A DNA stretch of 54,297 bases, taken from positions 1-54,297 of IMG/VR virus record IMGVR_UViG_3300009169_000027. One strand, given 5' to 3'. The translations under genes and the position numbers were made by a program. Positions 9,141 through 17,897 of this stretch are shown here, piece by piece. Source of the DNA: a virus. Lineage: Duplodnaviria > Caudoviricetes. The notes beneath the pieces are model-generated. The model had not been told where the DNA came from. It worked only from the letters and a program-made list of their open reading frames with translations, and ran no database searches. Position 1 is the stretch's first letter, and each line of letters starts with the position of its first letter.

Positions 9141-9850
9141 GCTACACCCACGAGGCTTAGGAACTCGGACCGGGCCGCTTGATTGCCGCGCATCGCCCCA
9201 CGCATCACCGACGTCGTCATCGTGGCGTCCAGGGCCTCCCGCACGCCGCGCCACGTCATGCACAGGTGCGAGGCCTTGACAACGATGGCCAGTCCTTTCG
9301 GCTTGCACTTCTCCTCGAGGATGTCGGCGAGTTGGATCGTCGCCTCCTCTTGGATTTGCGGACGGGCGAACACCCAGTCCACCAAGCGGTTGAACTTCGA
9401 CAGCCCGATAACAGAGTCCTCGCCAGGGATGACGCCAATCCAGGCACGGCCGATGATCGGCACCAGATGATGCGAACACATACTGCGCACCGTGATGGGT
9501 CCCGTGATGTAAAGCTCGTCCAGCTTGAGGTCGTTCGGGAACGCCGTGATGTCCGGCGGCGGCTCGAACCGGCCGCGCATCACCTCGCGAACGAACATTT
9601 TCGCCACGCGCTGTGCGGTGTTCTCGGTGTTGTGGTCCTCGTTGATATCGATGCACAGCGCCTTGAGGAGTGCAGCGACGGCCACACCGACGTCTGTCTC
9701 GAGTCGCTGCATCGACCACGGTTCGAGGAACTCGCTCGACAGGTTGTCGTTCGCCCGCATCCGAACGTTGGCCGCCTTGATACGATCGAAGTCGTAAGAG
9801 TACGCGGTGCGGAAAGCCTCGGCGTAGAGTTTAAGTTCGTCGTTTGTCAT
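9137..9850 (-). CDS. folE: GTP cyclohydrolase I
   Basis: TAQRVAKM, SMCSHHLVP, GLSKFNRLVD, RPQIQE, HLCMTWRGV. Confidence 0.95.
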   Translation of the reverse strand: MTNDELKLYAEAFRTAYSYDFDRIKAANVRMRANDNLSSEFLEPWSMQRLETDVGVAVAALLKALCIDINEDHNTENTAQRVAKMFVREVMRGRFEPPPDITAFPNDLKLDELYITGPITVRSMCSHHLVPIIGRAWIGVIPGEDSVIGLSKFNRLVDWVFARPQIQEEATIQLADILEEKCKPKGLAIVVKASHLCMTWRGVREALDATMTTSVMRGAMRGNQAARSEFLSLVGVA

Positions 9851-10653
9851 TCTTGTGCTCCGAATAGGTGGCTCTGATAGGACACGCGGAATCCCCACAA
9901 CAACGCAACCTCCGCTGCGTAGCGGTAATTGCGCGCCGTGGCCTCGCGGTCAATTAGTGTGTCGTCCCAGATGCTGGCGACCTCGCCCTCGCGTGGTTCG
10001 CGCTTGTAGACCGTCTGCCCGGACACGTACACCGGGATGCCGTGATGATCGAGGTCCTGCGCGTACGCTGGCAGCTGCCTGTACTTGCCCTCGAACGCCA
10101 GCACGACCTTGAAGCTGAGTTTGCCGTAAGGCACGCGGAACCAGTCGTCGTTCGGGTCGCTGTAGCGTTCTTTGTTGTGCGGTATCTTTGGGCTCACGAC
10201 GTAGTGGATACCGGTGCGCTCGCTTGCCTTGTCGCCTTTGAGCAGCAGCCCGTTCGTTTCGACCTGGCAAACGTGCGGCGGCGTCGTCACCTCGTTCATG
10301 CTCCTGGCCAGGGTTGCGATGGCGTCCCACTGCAGCAGCGGCTCACCCCCGGTGAACACGACAAGGTTGTTGCGGTTGTGGGGACTGCCGTATGACAGAC
10401 GATCGGCGAGCTCCCCAAACGTCCAGACCTTTCCCTCGTCCAAATTGAACCGGGTATCGCACCACGGGCAGTCTTGCTTGGCCCCGATGTTGCACCCAGC
10501 CAAGCGGACAAACGTGGCCGGCCATCCAGCGAACGGTCCCTCGCCTTGGAACGTGTCGAAGACGCGCGTTACGAGGAGCTCGTTTGTCTTCAGGTGTCTG
10601 TAGTCCCGCGAACTGGCGTTGCGGTCGACGTTGATCGGAATCACGGCAGCCAT
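9847..10653 (-). CDS. queE: 7-carboxy-7-deazaguanine synthase (radical SAM)
   Basis: FDTFQGEG, FVRLAGC, CNIGAKQDCPWCDT, VFTGGEPLLQ, VETNG, VSPK. Confidence 0.92.
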   Translation of the reverse strand: MAAVIPINVDRNASSRDYRHLKTNELLVTRVFDTFQGEGPFAGWPATFVRLAGCNIGAKQDCPWCDTRFNLDEGKVWTFGELADRLSYGSPHNRNNLVVFTGGEPLLQWDAIATLARSMNEVTTPPHVCQVETNGLLLKGDKASERTGIHYVVSPKIPHNKERYSDPNDDWFRVPYGKLSFKVVLAFEGKYRQLPAYAQDLDHHGIPVYVSGQTVYKREPREGEVASIWDDTLIDREATARNYRYAAEVALLWGFRVSYQSHLFGAQE

Positions 10654-11105
10654 CCCTTGAACCCGGCATCGGGGTTCCGATAGATCGCCGAGTTCTTGTC
10701 GTTCTCGATCGCCTCGACGCTGATCACCCAGCACCGGCCTTTCGTCTTCTCCCGCAGGTGCGCGTCTGTGAAACCGCACACCATCTCGGCAGAGCCTTCC
10801 ATCCCCACCCCGAACGGCATGAGACGGACGGTGGCGGCACCCGCTGCCTCGAGCTCCCGGAACTGGGGCAGCAGCGGATCGTCCGGCATCAGGAGCAGCG
10901 TGTGGTCGAACATGTAGTCCAGCCAATCGCGCAGCCAGTGGAGGTCCCCGAAGTCAACGGCGAACCCGCAGGCGTCCAGCGTCTGCGCCCCGAACTCGAA
11001 TCGGAAGCTGCGGCTGTAGCCGTGAACGAGCGCACAGTTGCCGTCGTGCCGGTGTTGTCGGTGGGCGCACGGTAGGTTGCGGTAGGTCTTTGTGCTGGTG
11101 TGCAT
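10641..11105 (-). CDS. queD: 6-carboxytetrahydropterin synthase
   Basis: CAHRQ...CALVHGY...VDFGDL...FDHTLL. Confidence 0.92.
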   Translation of the reverse strand: MHTSTKTYRNLPCAHRQHRHDGNCALVHGYSRSFRFEFGAQTLDACGFAVDFGDLHWLRDWLDYMFDHTLLLMPDDPLLPQFRELEAAGAATVRLMPFGVGMEGSAEMVCGFTDAHLREKTKGRCWVISVEAIENDKNSAIYRNPDAGFKGWLP

Positions 11106-11136
11106 GTATGAATCTCCAGTATCGGAAAATTTGGCC

Positions 11137-11225
11137 CTGGTGCGCTTCCGGGCCGGGGTGGGTAGGGTAGGGTGGACTAGGGTGCGATCGGCGCACCTTG
11201 CGCAGCCTGGCGTGCCCCAGCCCCC
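11137..11225 (+). repeat. Dispersed ~90-bp element, copy B
   Basis: Same motifs and spacing as 3575-3663. Confidence 0.65.
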
Positions 11226-11932
11226 CTAATGACTAGCGGATCATCCACACCGGCGCGGGCAAACCCCTCGGCCCGCAGAACGCAGGCATGGCACTCCCCG
11301 CAAGGCGGGAATTTCCCGGCGTAGCAGGTGTGGCTGACGGCCAGCGCCTCGCGCCCGAGGTCACCGTGGTTCATCGCGAGCCGCACGGTGTCGTCCTTGT
11401 TCAGGTACAGCAGCGGCGCGTGGATGCGGAACGCCCGTGCCGAACCGGGGCGAAACAACCCGAGCGCCTCGTTGATCATGTCCTCCGTCTTGTGAATGAA
11501 GATGGGGGTGCAGTCCGGATAGTTGGCGTTGTCGTTGGCGCACACGCCGGTCATCAGGTCGTAGCAATCCAACGCAAGGGCGTGGTTCGCTGCGACCAGC
11601 AAGAAGAATGGGTTGCGCAGCGGCACAAACGTTAGCTCAACGCGGTCACCGATCGTGGCCTCCATCGACGCGTGGTCCGTGTATGTCTCGAGCTTCTGTG
11701 TCATGTCCACGAGCGGGCTGCGCCCGAGCAACAGGCCGCGCACGTTCACGACCTTGTGGGAGTCCACCTGGCACAACTTGGCGACTTCTCGAGCGGCCTC
11801 GAGTTCGAGCTGGTGGCGCTGCCCGTAGTCGAACGTAATGGCGTGGACTCTCTTGTACGTCGAACGTGCCTCGAGCAGGCACGTTGTGGAATCCTGGCCG
11901 CCCGATAGGACGACCATGATCGATTCAAGCAT
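11177..11932 (-). CDS. queC: 7-cyano-7-deazaguanine synthase (stand-alone, no GAT domain)
   Basis: LSGGQDSTT, FDYGQRH, TFVPLRN, YPDC, HTCY...CGECHACVLR; RBS AGAAAGG. Confidence 0.95.
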   Translation of the reverse strand: MLESIMVVLSGGQDSTTCLLEARSTYKRVHAITFDYGQRHQLELEAAREVAKLCQVDSHKVVNVRGLLLGRSPLVDMTQKLETYTDHASMEATIGDRVELTFVPLRNPFFLLVAANHALALDCYDLMTGVCANDNANYPDCTPIFIHKTEDMINEALGLFRPGSARAFRIHAPLLYLNKDDTVRLAMNHGDLGREALAVSHTCYAGKFPPCGECHACVLRAEGFARAGVDDPLVIRGAGARQAAQGAPIAP

Positions 11933-12024
11933 GGTGGGGACCTTTCTTTGAAATACTGGGGATGGCTCGTCGGTGCCCTTGTGAGGCTTGCGGGTGCCGT
12001 TGCCCACCCGTCCTGCCGCGGACG

Positions 12025-12648
12025 TTAGGCCGTCGCGGTTTTCTTGGCAGCCTTCTTGGCAGCCTTCTTCTCTTCGGCCAGCGCGGCTTTGGTGGCCTCG
12101 GCCTGGCTCGGGCGCGGGAAGTTCACGCCGTTGTTGCGCGCCCAGACGCCGCACTGGGTGACGATGGTCGAATGGTTCAGCTCGCGGGCCTCGAGCTTCT
12201 CGATCAGTTCCTTGCGGCTGGTGGTGCCGGCCTTGATGCCTTCGATGTTCTTGTCGAGAAAGGCGTGAATCTGGGCGACAGACCCCTCGGGCTTACGGAA
12301 CGCGGTTTCGGTTGGCATTTCTTTCTCCATGTTGATTGATGGTGACGATTGTTCAGCCGTGTTGGGACTCGACTGCCCGTTCAGTATAGACCGAAGGACA
12401 CGAATCGCACTCCCTCCAAGTGGAATCATTTTCTTCGCAGCGTCGTCTTTCGTGTAGCGATGGGCGAACTGCATCGCGGTCATGGCGGGCCACGGCTCGA
12501 ACTCGCGTTCGAAGTCGCGCGTGTGCATTTGCATTGTGGTGAGTTGGCCTCCGTTCACTCCGAGGTAATGGGTGAGACTGTGCCCGATGCTGAACACGAG
12601 CACGATGTTGCGATTGCGATTGCGGGCGAGGTAGGCGTCCACGATCAC
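12025..12648 (-). CDS. Two-module protein; C-terminal HTH-like domain with Lys/Ala tail has its own in-frame start at 12318
   Basis: AAGGAGG before GTG 12648; GGAG before in-frame ATG 12318; tail KKAAKKAAKK. Confidence 0.6.
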   Translation of the reverse strand: MIVDAYLARNRNRNIVLVFSIGHSLTHYLGVNGGQLTTMQMHTRDFEREFEPWPAMTAMQFAHRYTKDDAAKKMIPLGGSAIRVLRSILNGQSSPNTAEQSSPSINMEKEMPTETAFRKPEGSVAQIHAFLDKNIEGIKAGTTSRKELIEKLEARELNHSTIVTQCGVWARNNGVNFPRPSQAEATKAALAEEKKAAKKAAKKTATA

Positions 12649-12905
12649 GCCTCCTTGAAGACTTTGTATTGCACACCGGACCCGTAGCGGACGCGCAGCC
12701 CCCCAGGTCCCGTGATGACGTGATACATGGCCGACCCGCTGTCGCGGTCGTAAATGATCGCCTTTGCGTACTGACCGACGAACACGCGGACAACAGTGGC
12801 GCGGATCGCTCCCTCCTCTGTTTTGGCCGCGCCCTGGCTTACGAGCTCCGGCCCGGTGTCGGTTGGAAAGCGATAGTAATGCGTCGCGAATGGTCGCTTG
12901 TACAC
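12645..12905 (-). CDS. Hypothetical protein
   Basis: RBS AGAAGGG; operon packing. Confidence 0.6.
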   Translation of the reverse strand: MYKRPFATHYYRFPTDTGPELVSQGAAKTEEGAIRATVVRVFVGQYAKAIIYDRDSGSAMYHVITGPGGLRVRYGSGVQYKVFKEA

Positions 12906-12907
12906 GG

Positions 12908-13207
12908 TCAGTTCCCTTCTGGATGGTCGGGCAGGCTCGCGAGCAGAATGCCGGTGTACATCTCAACCTCGGCCTGGCCGCGAGGCTTACCGTGCGCATC
13001 GTGGCTAACCACGACCCAGCCAAACGACGACCAGCGCCCGATGGTCGGCTGTACCCTGGACTCGAGGCGAACCGCACGCAGGCCCGTGGCCTCGATCGCC
13101 ACGGAGTCGGACTCCGTTGCCGGGCACGCGCCGTCGTACCGCAGCATGTCGGTCGGGAACCGGCCGCGCCCGATCACGACGACGTGTATTGGTTTCGGTC
13201 TGTTCAT
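12908..13207 (-). CDS. Hypothetical phage protein
   Basis: RBS AGGAG; FPTDMLRYD and RWSSFGW motifs. Confidence 0.7.
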   Translation of the reverse strand: MNRPKPIHVVVIGRGRFPTDMLRYDGACPATESDSVAIEATGLRAVRLESRVQPTIGRWSSFGWVVVSHDAHGKPRGQAEVEMYTGILLASLPDHPEGN

Positions 13208-13216
13208 GGTTGGCTC

Positions 13217-13585
13217 CTAGTCGTTGAGGATGGTGACAACGGTATCGGCGGCGGCCGGGACGCGACGGGCGGACGCCTGGGTGGGACGGAACAACCAGAG
13301 CAGGTCGCCGTCCTCGCTATGCTCTTCGCTGGCGAGGGCGTACACCACAACCTCGCCAGTGCGATCGGAGCGCATCACGAACCCGACGTCGGCTGCGTCA
13401 TCGTACAGCCGCCCGAACGGGTTGCGGCCGGCCGCCTTGAGGTCGGAGAGCTCGGTGAGGAACTCGACGCCGTCATCCGAACGGGTAACGGTGAACAGCT
13501 TGGAGGGGATGGTGTCCTGCGCTGCGCTGAGCCGGAAGCTGTGACCCTCGCGGAGGACGAGCGAGGGGTTGGTGTTGCTGAGCAT
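13217..13585 (-). CDS. Hypothetical protein
   Basis: Leader CCACCACAGAAAGG. Confidence 0.75.
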   Translation of the reverse strand: MLSNTNPSLVLREGHSFRLSAAQDTIPSKLFTVTRSDDGVEFLTELSDLKAAGRNPFGRLYDDAADVGFVMRSDRTGEVVVYALASEEHSEDGDLLWLFRPTQASARRVPAAADTVVTILND

Positions 13586-13612
13586 GGTGCGGTTCCTTTC
13601 TGTGGTGGGTGC

Positions 13613-13825
13613 TTAACGTGAGGCGGCCAGGGCGGCGAGCGTGGCGTTGATCATCTTGCGCTCGGCCCGGAGTGTGGCGCGGCCGACTTCCCCGCCGCCG
13701 CCGATACTTGCCAGGTGCGCCTGCTGCCTGTTGGCGGCGGCAACGTGGTCGGCAAGCCGCTCCTCGAGTTGGCGAACCGTGAAGAGCTTGCAGAGCTGGC
13801 TGGCAAGTTGCGCGGCGGTGGACAT
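13613..13825 (-). CDS. Hypothetical protein
   Basis: First gene behind cassette 2. Confidence 0.7.
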   Translation of the reverse strand: MSTAAQLASQLCKLFTVRQLEERLADHVAAANRQQAHLASIGGGGEVGRATLRAERKMINATLAALAASR

Positions 13826-13922
13826 GACGAACCTTTCTGGGGGTGGGTGGCGAGTGAGTACACTGTAGGGCCTGGGGCTCACGACGTCAACAACTTTCGT
13901 GAGCTCCAAACCCTCTGAGGGT
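13826..13922 (-). promoter_or_regulatory. Promoter cassette 2: palindrome-25bp-TTGACG-17-TACAGT-leader
   Basis: Palindrome centre 13916, -35 at 13885-13890, -10 at 13862-13867. Confidence 0.85.
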
Positions 13923-14479
13923 CACGCGAACTTGGTGGCGCACACCGGGCCGATGCCCGCCTCGATCGAGTCGGGGTCGGTCAGGTCGCGGCCGCAGCTG
14001 CAGCACCGGCCGGAGAGCTTGCCGTACTTCATCGCCGCCTGGAGCGGGGCACCTTCGAACTCCACGAGCAGGTCACGCACCTCGGCCATGTCGACACCGG
14101 GGCGGTTCCACAACGTGACAGCGCCGCCGTCGATCTTGCCGATAACCTTCTCGGCGGCAGCGTGCTTGATCCAGACGAGCTGGTCCTGATTCTTGCGGGA
14201 CAGCGTGACGTCGCCGGCGTAGAACCGGGCGTGGCGTTGCATGACCTCGTGCAGCCGCTCGGTGCGGAGCTGGCTGGGGGCCGGCGTCGCGGCGGCACGG
14301 GGTTGGGACCACTCGACCAACTTGGCGGCGAACTCGGCCTGGCGTTGGGACACGAACGACCCGTAGCGCTCGAGCTTGCTGGCGAGGTCGACGCAGAGCT
14401 CGTACTTGCCGGCGGCGAACTGGTCGTGACGGGCGTTGAAGCGTTGGGCGGCTTCGCGGAGGGTTTGGGCGGTGAGCAT
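13922..14479 (-). CDS. Zn-finger protein (DUF6011-like C-terminus)
   Basis: GRCCSCGRDLTDPDSIEAGIGPVCA. Confidence 0.7.
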   Translation of the reverse strand: MLTAQTLREAAQRFNARHDQFAAGKYELCVDLASKLERYGSFVSQRQAEFAAKLVEWSQPRAAATPAPSQLRTERLHEVMQRHARFYAGDVTLSRKNQDQLVWIKHAAAEKVIGKIDGGAVTLWNRPGVDMAEVRDLLVEFEGAPLQAAMKYGKLSGRCCSCGRDLTDPDSIEAGIGPVCATKFA

Positions 14480-14570
14480 GATCGGTTCCTTTCTGGGGGT
14501 GGTGGGCGAGTGAGTAGACTGTAGGGGCTGGAGTTCATCACGTCAAGAACTCCAAACCCTCTGAGGGTCT
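14480..14570 (-). promoter_or_regulatory. Promoter cassette 3: palindrome-15bp-TTGACG-17-TACAGT-leader
   Basis: Centre 14562, -35 at 14541-14546, -10 at 14518-14523. Confidence 0.85.
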
Positions 14571-14799
14571 ACTCATCCTGCGCCGCGATATCCAGCCTGA
14601 ACCGGTGGGTGGGGGACAGGTCCGATAGGCGCACCCAGCGCCCCGTGAGCGATCCATCCATCGGTGACCGGTACTCGTAAAGGGCGTCGACTGGTGCACC
14701 GGCAGCGGCCGCGTGCGCTTGGTGCTCGGCGATCGTGTCCCTCCCGACTCCCTGCGATCGGAGCCAGAGGGACATCAGCCGGTAGTCAACCGGCAACAC
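14569..14799 (-). CDS. Hypothetical protein
   Basis: Fills the gap between the DUF2786-like gene and cassette 3; start uncertain. Confidence 0.5.
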   Translation of the reverse strand: MLPVDYRLMSLWLRSQGVGRDTIAEHQAHAAAAGAPVDALYEYRSPMDGSLTGRWVRLSDLSPTHRFRLDIAAQDE

Positions 14800-14800
14800 G

Positions 14801-15556
14801 CTAGCCCCCGATCCGCACGGCGGCGCTGGCTGCGGTGTGGCCCACACCGCGACGGTTCACGTCGACCGCCTTACCGTCGGCGAAGCCTTGCGCATAGGCA
14901 GCACCGTTGCGCACCGTGCTGTTCGATTGCTTGGTGCGCTGCTGGCCGAAGCGCTCGGCCACGGCCGCGGCCTTGACGATCATGAGCTCGCGACCGGAGC
15001 TCTGTACCGGCTGCGCCTGCAGTGCGGCGAGCAGCATCTTCGTGATACCGGTTGCCAGGCCGGCGCGGTACGAGTTGGCGGCGGGTCGGCCACCGATCCG
15101 GTACGCATCGGTCTTGCGGAACTTTTCGCCAAGCCGGTTCACCGTGGCGACCAGATAGTCGAAGGTCCACGACGCCACCTGCACGTCGGACGAGAAGCCG
15201 GAGAAACGGATGCCAACGTCGCCCGAGGTGGTGGTGCGCATCGACACGTGAACCTCGTTGACCTTGCCTACCGACACGGCGATCCACTGCGCCCACGTCG
15301 GGACCCTGGCGACGCGCGTGCCGTTCGTCTTGGCGGTAGCCACCACGTCGGCCGAGGTCATGTCCTCGCCGCGCTTCAGGCCGGCCATGATCACGTCGGC
15401 GTGATCGAGTTGATACTTGCGCATGATGTTCGCGGCCATGCTGGCGGCGGCTGCGGCTTCTTCCGGGCTGCCCCGGCCGTCCTCAACGATGGCCAGCAGC
15501 TTCTGGACGCGGCGGAGAATGCCGTCCATGTTTTCGGGGGTGCGATCGTCGGTCAT
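14801..15556 (-). CDS. DUF2786-domain protein
   Basis: ILRRVQKLLA...SPEEAAAAASMAANIMRKYQL; C-terminal AYAQGFADG. Confidence 0.75.
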   Translation of the reverse strand: MTDDRTPENMDGILRRVQKLLAIVEDGRGSPEEAAAAASMAANIMRKYQLDHADVIMAGLKRGEDMTSADVVATAKTNGTRVARVPTWAQWIAVSVGKVNEVHVSMRTTTSGDVGIRFSGFSSDVQVASWTFDYLVATVNRLGEKFRKTDAYRIGGRPAANSYRAGLATGITKMLLAALQAQPVQSSGRELMIVKAAAVAERFGQQRTKQSNSTVRNGAAYAQGFADGKAVDVNRRGVGHTAASAAVRIGG

Positions 15557-15657
15557 GGTGTGGTTCCTTTCTGGGGGTGGTAGGTGAGTGAATGAATCTT
15601 AGGGGCTGAAGCTCACGAGGTCAACAACTTTCGTGAGCTCCAAACCCTCTGAGGGTT
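15557..15657 (-). promoter_or_regulatory. Promoter cassette 4: palindrome-25bp-TTGACC-17-TAAGAT-leader
   Basis: Centre 15650, -35 at 15619-15624, -10 at 15596-15601. Confidence 0.85.
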
Positions 15658-16478
15658 CAGGCCGCCACCGACTCCAGAACCTTGGCGCCGAAGTTCCACA
15701 GCCGCACGTTGAAGTCGAGGTCACGAGCAACCGAGGTGATGCCACGCGACACGATCGTGCGCCCGTCGGCCGTCTGGGTTTCGTAGCCGCCCTTGACCGC
15801 GTTCTCTTGGATGCGGTTCATGACCGCCCAGAGGTTGCGGGCAGCATCCTCGTCCCGGCGAACCTGCAGCAGCAGCTTGGCCTCGGCGGGCTTGACGTCG
15901 CCGTACTTCAACACCGTGGCACCGAGGGCGAACTGTTCCTCTTGCTCGGCAGAGAGCTCGAGCTGGGTCATGCGCTCGACCTGCGGCAGCACCGTGCTTT
16001 CGGTGAGCTCGCGGATCGTGTTCGTGCCCTCGATGATATGGTCGCGGATGTTCTTGTCGTTGTGCAGGACCCGGACCGACGCGAACCCGGCGGCCTCGAC
16101 CGCCATGCCGTTCGCGCACACCAGACGGAACAGACCGGCCGACAAGTGGAACGCGCTGGTGCGGTTGTGGCTGTTGGTCACGATCACCTGCGGCACGACG
16201 TCGCCGACCGCGCGCTGGCTCTTGGGCTTGGTGAGGTAGCGCTCGTGCATCATGCGCACGACATGCTTGACGTACATGCCGCCGTCGGCGCGGCGGGCCT
16301 TGGACTGCCCGGCGTTGACGGGGACGTAGCCGGCGTCGGCCATCATCTCGATGACGGCCCCGGTGTTGACGAACTGGTACCGATCGGACAGGCCGGGCTG
16401 CGGGTGATCGGCGAAGGCGGACGGGACGTAGCGGCGAAGGGCGGTGGCGTCGAGGTAGCCGGTGGGGACGAAGCTCAT
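15657..16478 (-). CDS. DUF932/DUF945-family protein
   Basis: PSAFA...SDRYQFVNT...KHVVRM...NSHNRTSAF...GLFRLVCANGM...LWAVMNRIQEN. Confidence 0.85.
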   Translation of the reverse strand: MSFVPTGYLDATALRRYVPSAFADHPQPGLSDRYQFVNTGAVIEMMADAGYVPVNAGQSKARRADGGMYVKHVVRMMHERYLTKPKSQRAVGDVVPQVIVTNSHNRTSAFHLSAGLFRLVCANGMAVEAAGFASVRVLHNDKNIRDHIIEGTNTIRELTESTVLPQVERMTQLELSAEQEEQFALGATVLKYGDVKPAEAKLLLQVRRDEDAARNLWAVMNRIQENAVKGGYETQTADGRTIVSRGITSVARDLDFNVRLWNFGAKVLESVAA

Positions 16479-16588
16479 GATGTACCTTTCTGGGGTGGTG
16501 GGTTGGTGTGCCGAACTGGCACGTTGATAATGTAATGCGTGAAGAGCTTGGGAGTCAACACCTCTTTTGAGTTTCAAACCCTCAGAGG
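16479..16588 (-). promoter_or_regulatory. Promoter cassette 5: palindrome-25bp-TTGACT-18-TACATT-leader
   Basis: Centre 16584, -35 at 16553-16558, -10 at 16529-16534; leader hairpin GTGCC/GGCAC at 16508-16522. Confidence 0.8.
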
Positions 16589-16601
16589 TGTTGCACTCAA
16601 C

Positions 16602-17177
16602 TTATTCCGCCGCTGCCTGCTTCTCGGCCAGCTTGCCGGAGCGCACGAGCTGGAACTGGGTGCTGATCGTGGCGTCAGCCAGATCATCGAGCGAGGAGAA
16701 CTTGCGGATCACGGCGAACACGTCCCGGCGCTGGAGCCGGGTACCATCGGCCGCCGCCCACGCGGTCAGCAGGCGAACGACGTTGACCTTACTCGCGCCG
16801 ATCACGGAGTCGGTCGCGAACCGGGTGGCGGCCTCGATCACCTCGGGGGAGGTGATGACGCGCTTGAGGAACTTTTCCTTCTTGCCGATCGTGCTCGAGG
16901 TCTTGGCGGTCTTGTGCACGGCCTGGGCGATGTCGATGAACGAGGGCTTGGCCGGCGCGACCACGATCGGCTCGGGGGCGACGTAGCCCGGCATCGTGGT
17001 CATGTCCACGCGGCCGGCCTGGATGAGCTTGTCGAGCTCGGCTTGGTTGCGCACCGTACCGTCGAGGCGATCGGGGGAGGCTTGGCGACGCGCGACGTCG
17101 CGCTTCTCGGTGACGGCCAAGACTTGGAACTTGGAGCCGTCGGTGTGCTGGCTGGTGCGGGTGGTGACGAAGTACAT
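16602..17177 (-). CDS. Hypothetical protein with C-terminal HTH-like domain (paralog of 17898-18134)
   Basis: SKVNVVRLLTAW...LQRRDVF...DATISTQFQLVRSGKL. Confidence 0.7.
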   Translation of the reverse strand: MYFVTTRTSQHTDGSKFQVLAVTEKRDVARRQASPDRLDGTVRNQAELDKLIQAGRVDMTTMPGYVAPEPIVVAPAKPSFIDIAQAVHKTAKTSSTIGKKEKFLKRVITSPEVIEAATRFATDSVIGASKVNVVRLLTAWAAADGTRLQRRDVFAVIRKFSSLDDLADATISTQFQLVRSGKLAEKQAAAE

Positions 17178-17292
17178 AGTGGACCTTTCTGGGGGTTGAT
17201 CGGGTGGGACATCCATCCGATGAAGTGAACTGTAGTGCCTGTTGCGCCTGGGAGTCAACTCATTTCTTGGACTTCAAACCCTCTGAGGGTCT
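17178..17292 (-). promoter_or_regulatory. Promoter cassette 6: palindrome-25bp-TTGACT-18-TACAGT-leader
   Basis: Centre 17284, -35 at 17253-17258, -10 at 17229-17234. Confidence 0.85.
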
Positions 17293-17571
17293 GTGGCCGC
17301 GCGTCATCTCGCCGGGCTGGCTCACGAACCGCTGCAGGCGATCGTCGACGTTCTCGCCGCGGATCGCCCGAGCGAGCGCGATCGCTTGCGGATCGGACGT
17401 GAACTCGTCCGGGAAGTCGAGGGAGCTGGAGCAGAACGCGGGCAGCTTGACGCGGCGCACGAGCTCGTTCAGCTGTTCGACACTGGTGAGCCGATCGGTC
17501 ACGTCGCGGTGTTCGATCGGGCAGCGGTACTCGGCAACCACGTTGCCGTCGCGAATGTTGATGTAGATCAT
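17260..17571 (-). CDS. Hypothetical protein
   Basis: RBS AGGAG; 3' end reads through the cassette 6 palindrome. Confidence 0.65.
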   Translation of the reverse strand: MIYINIRDGNVVAEYRCPIEHRDVTDRLTSVEQLNELVRRVKLPAFCSSSLDFPDEFTSDPQAIALARAIRGENVDDRLQRFVSQPGEMTRGHRPSEGLKSKK

Positions 17572-17579
17572 GGAGGCTC

Positions 17580-17804
17580 CTAGTAGACGGGGACGACGGG
17601 GACGGCGGCGCGAGCGTACGGGTAGCCACACCGGCGCAGGGTCGTCCGGACGGCGCCTTCGCTGTCGCGCTCGATCGTGTACTCGATCTGCTGCACGACC
17701 GTGCCGTCGACCATCTTGTCGCGCCACACGTGCGCTTGGAAGCGGCCGTTCTTGCGGTACATCTTGACGTACGCGGTACCGAAGGGGAGGTGAACTTGCG
17801 ACAT
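17580..17804 (-). CDS. Hypothetical protein
   Basis: First gene behind cassette 7. Confidence 0.7.
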   Translation of the reverse strand: MSQVHLPFGTAYVKMYRKNGRFQAHVWRDKMVDGTVVQQIEYTIERDSEGAVRTTLRRCGYPYARAAVPVVPVY

Positions 17805-17897
17805 GGTCGGGACCTTTCTGGGGTGGGGTAGCGAATGAGTTATCCTAGTCGCTGGAGCTCAAGAAGTCAACGACTTTCTTGAGCCCCAGACCCTCGC
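17805..17897 (-). promoter_or_regulatory. Promoter cassette 7: half palindrome-25bp-TTGACT-17-TAGGAT-leader
   Basis: Half-site at 17888-17895, -35 at 17865-17870, -10 at 17842-17847. Confidence 0.8.

Noticed and set aside
9847-12154. Long N-terminal extensions on QueE and QueC in the ORF track (possible GAT-QueC fusion)
   Set aside because: Extensions overlap neighbouring genes; motif- and RBS-supported starts are 10653 and 11932
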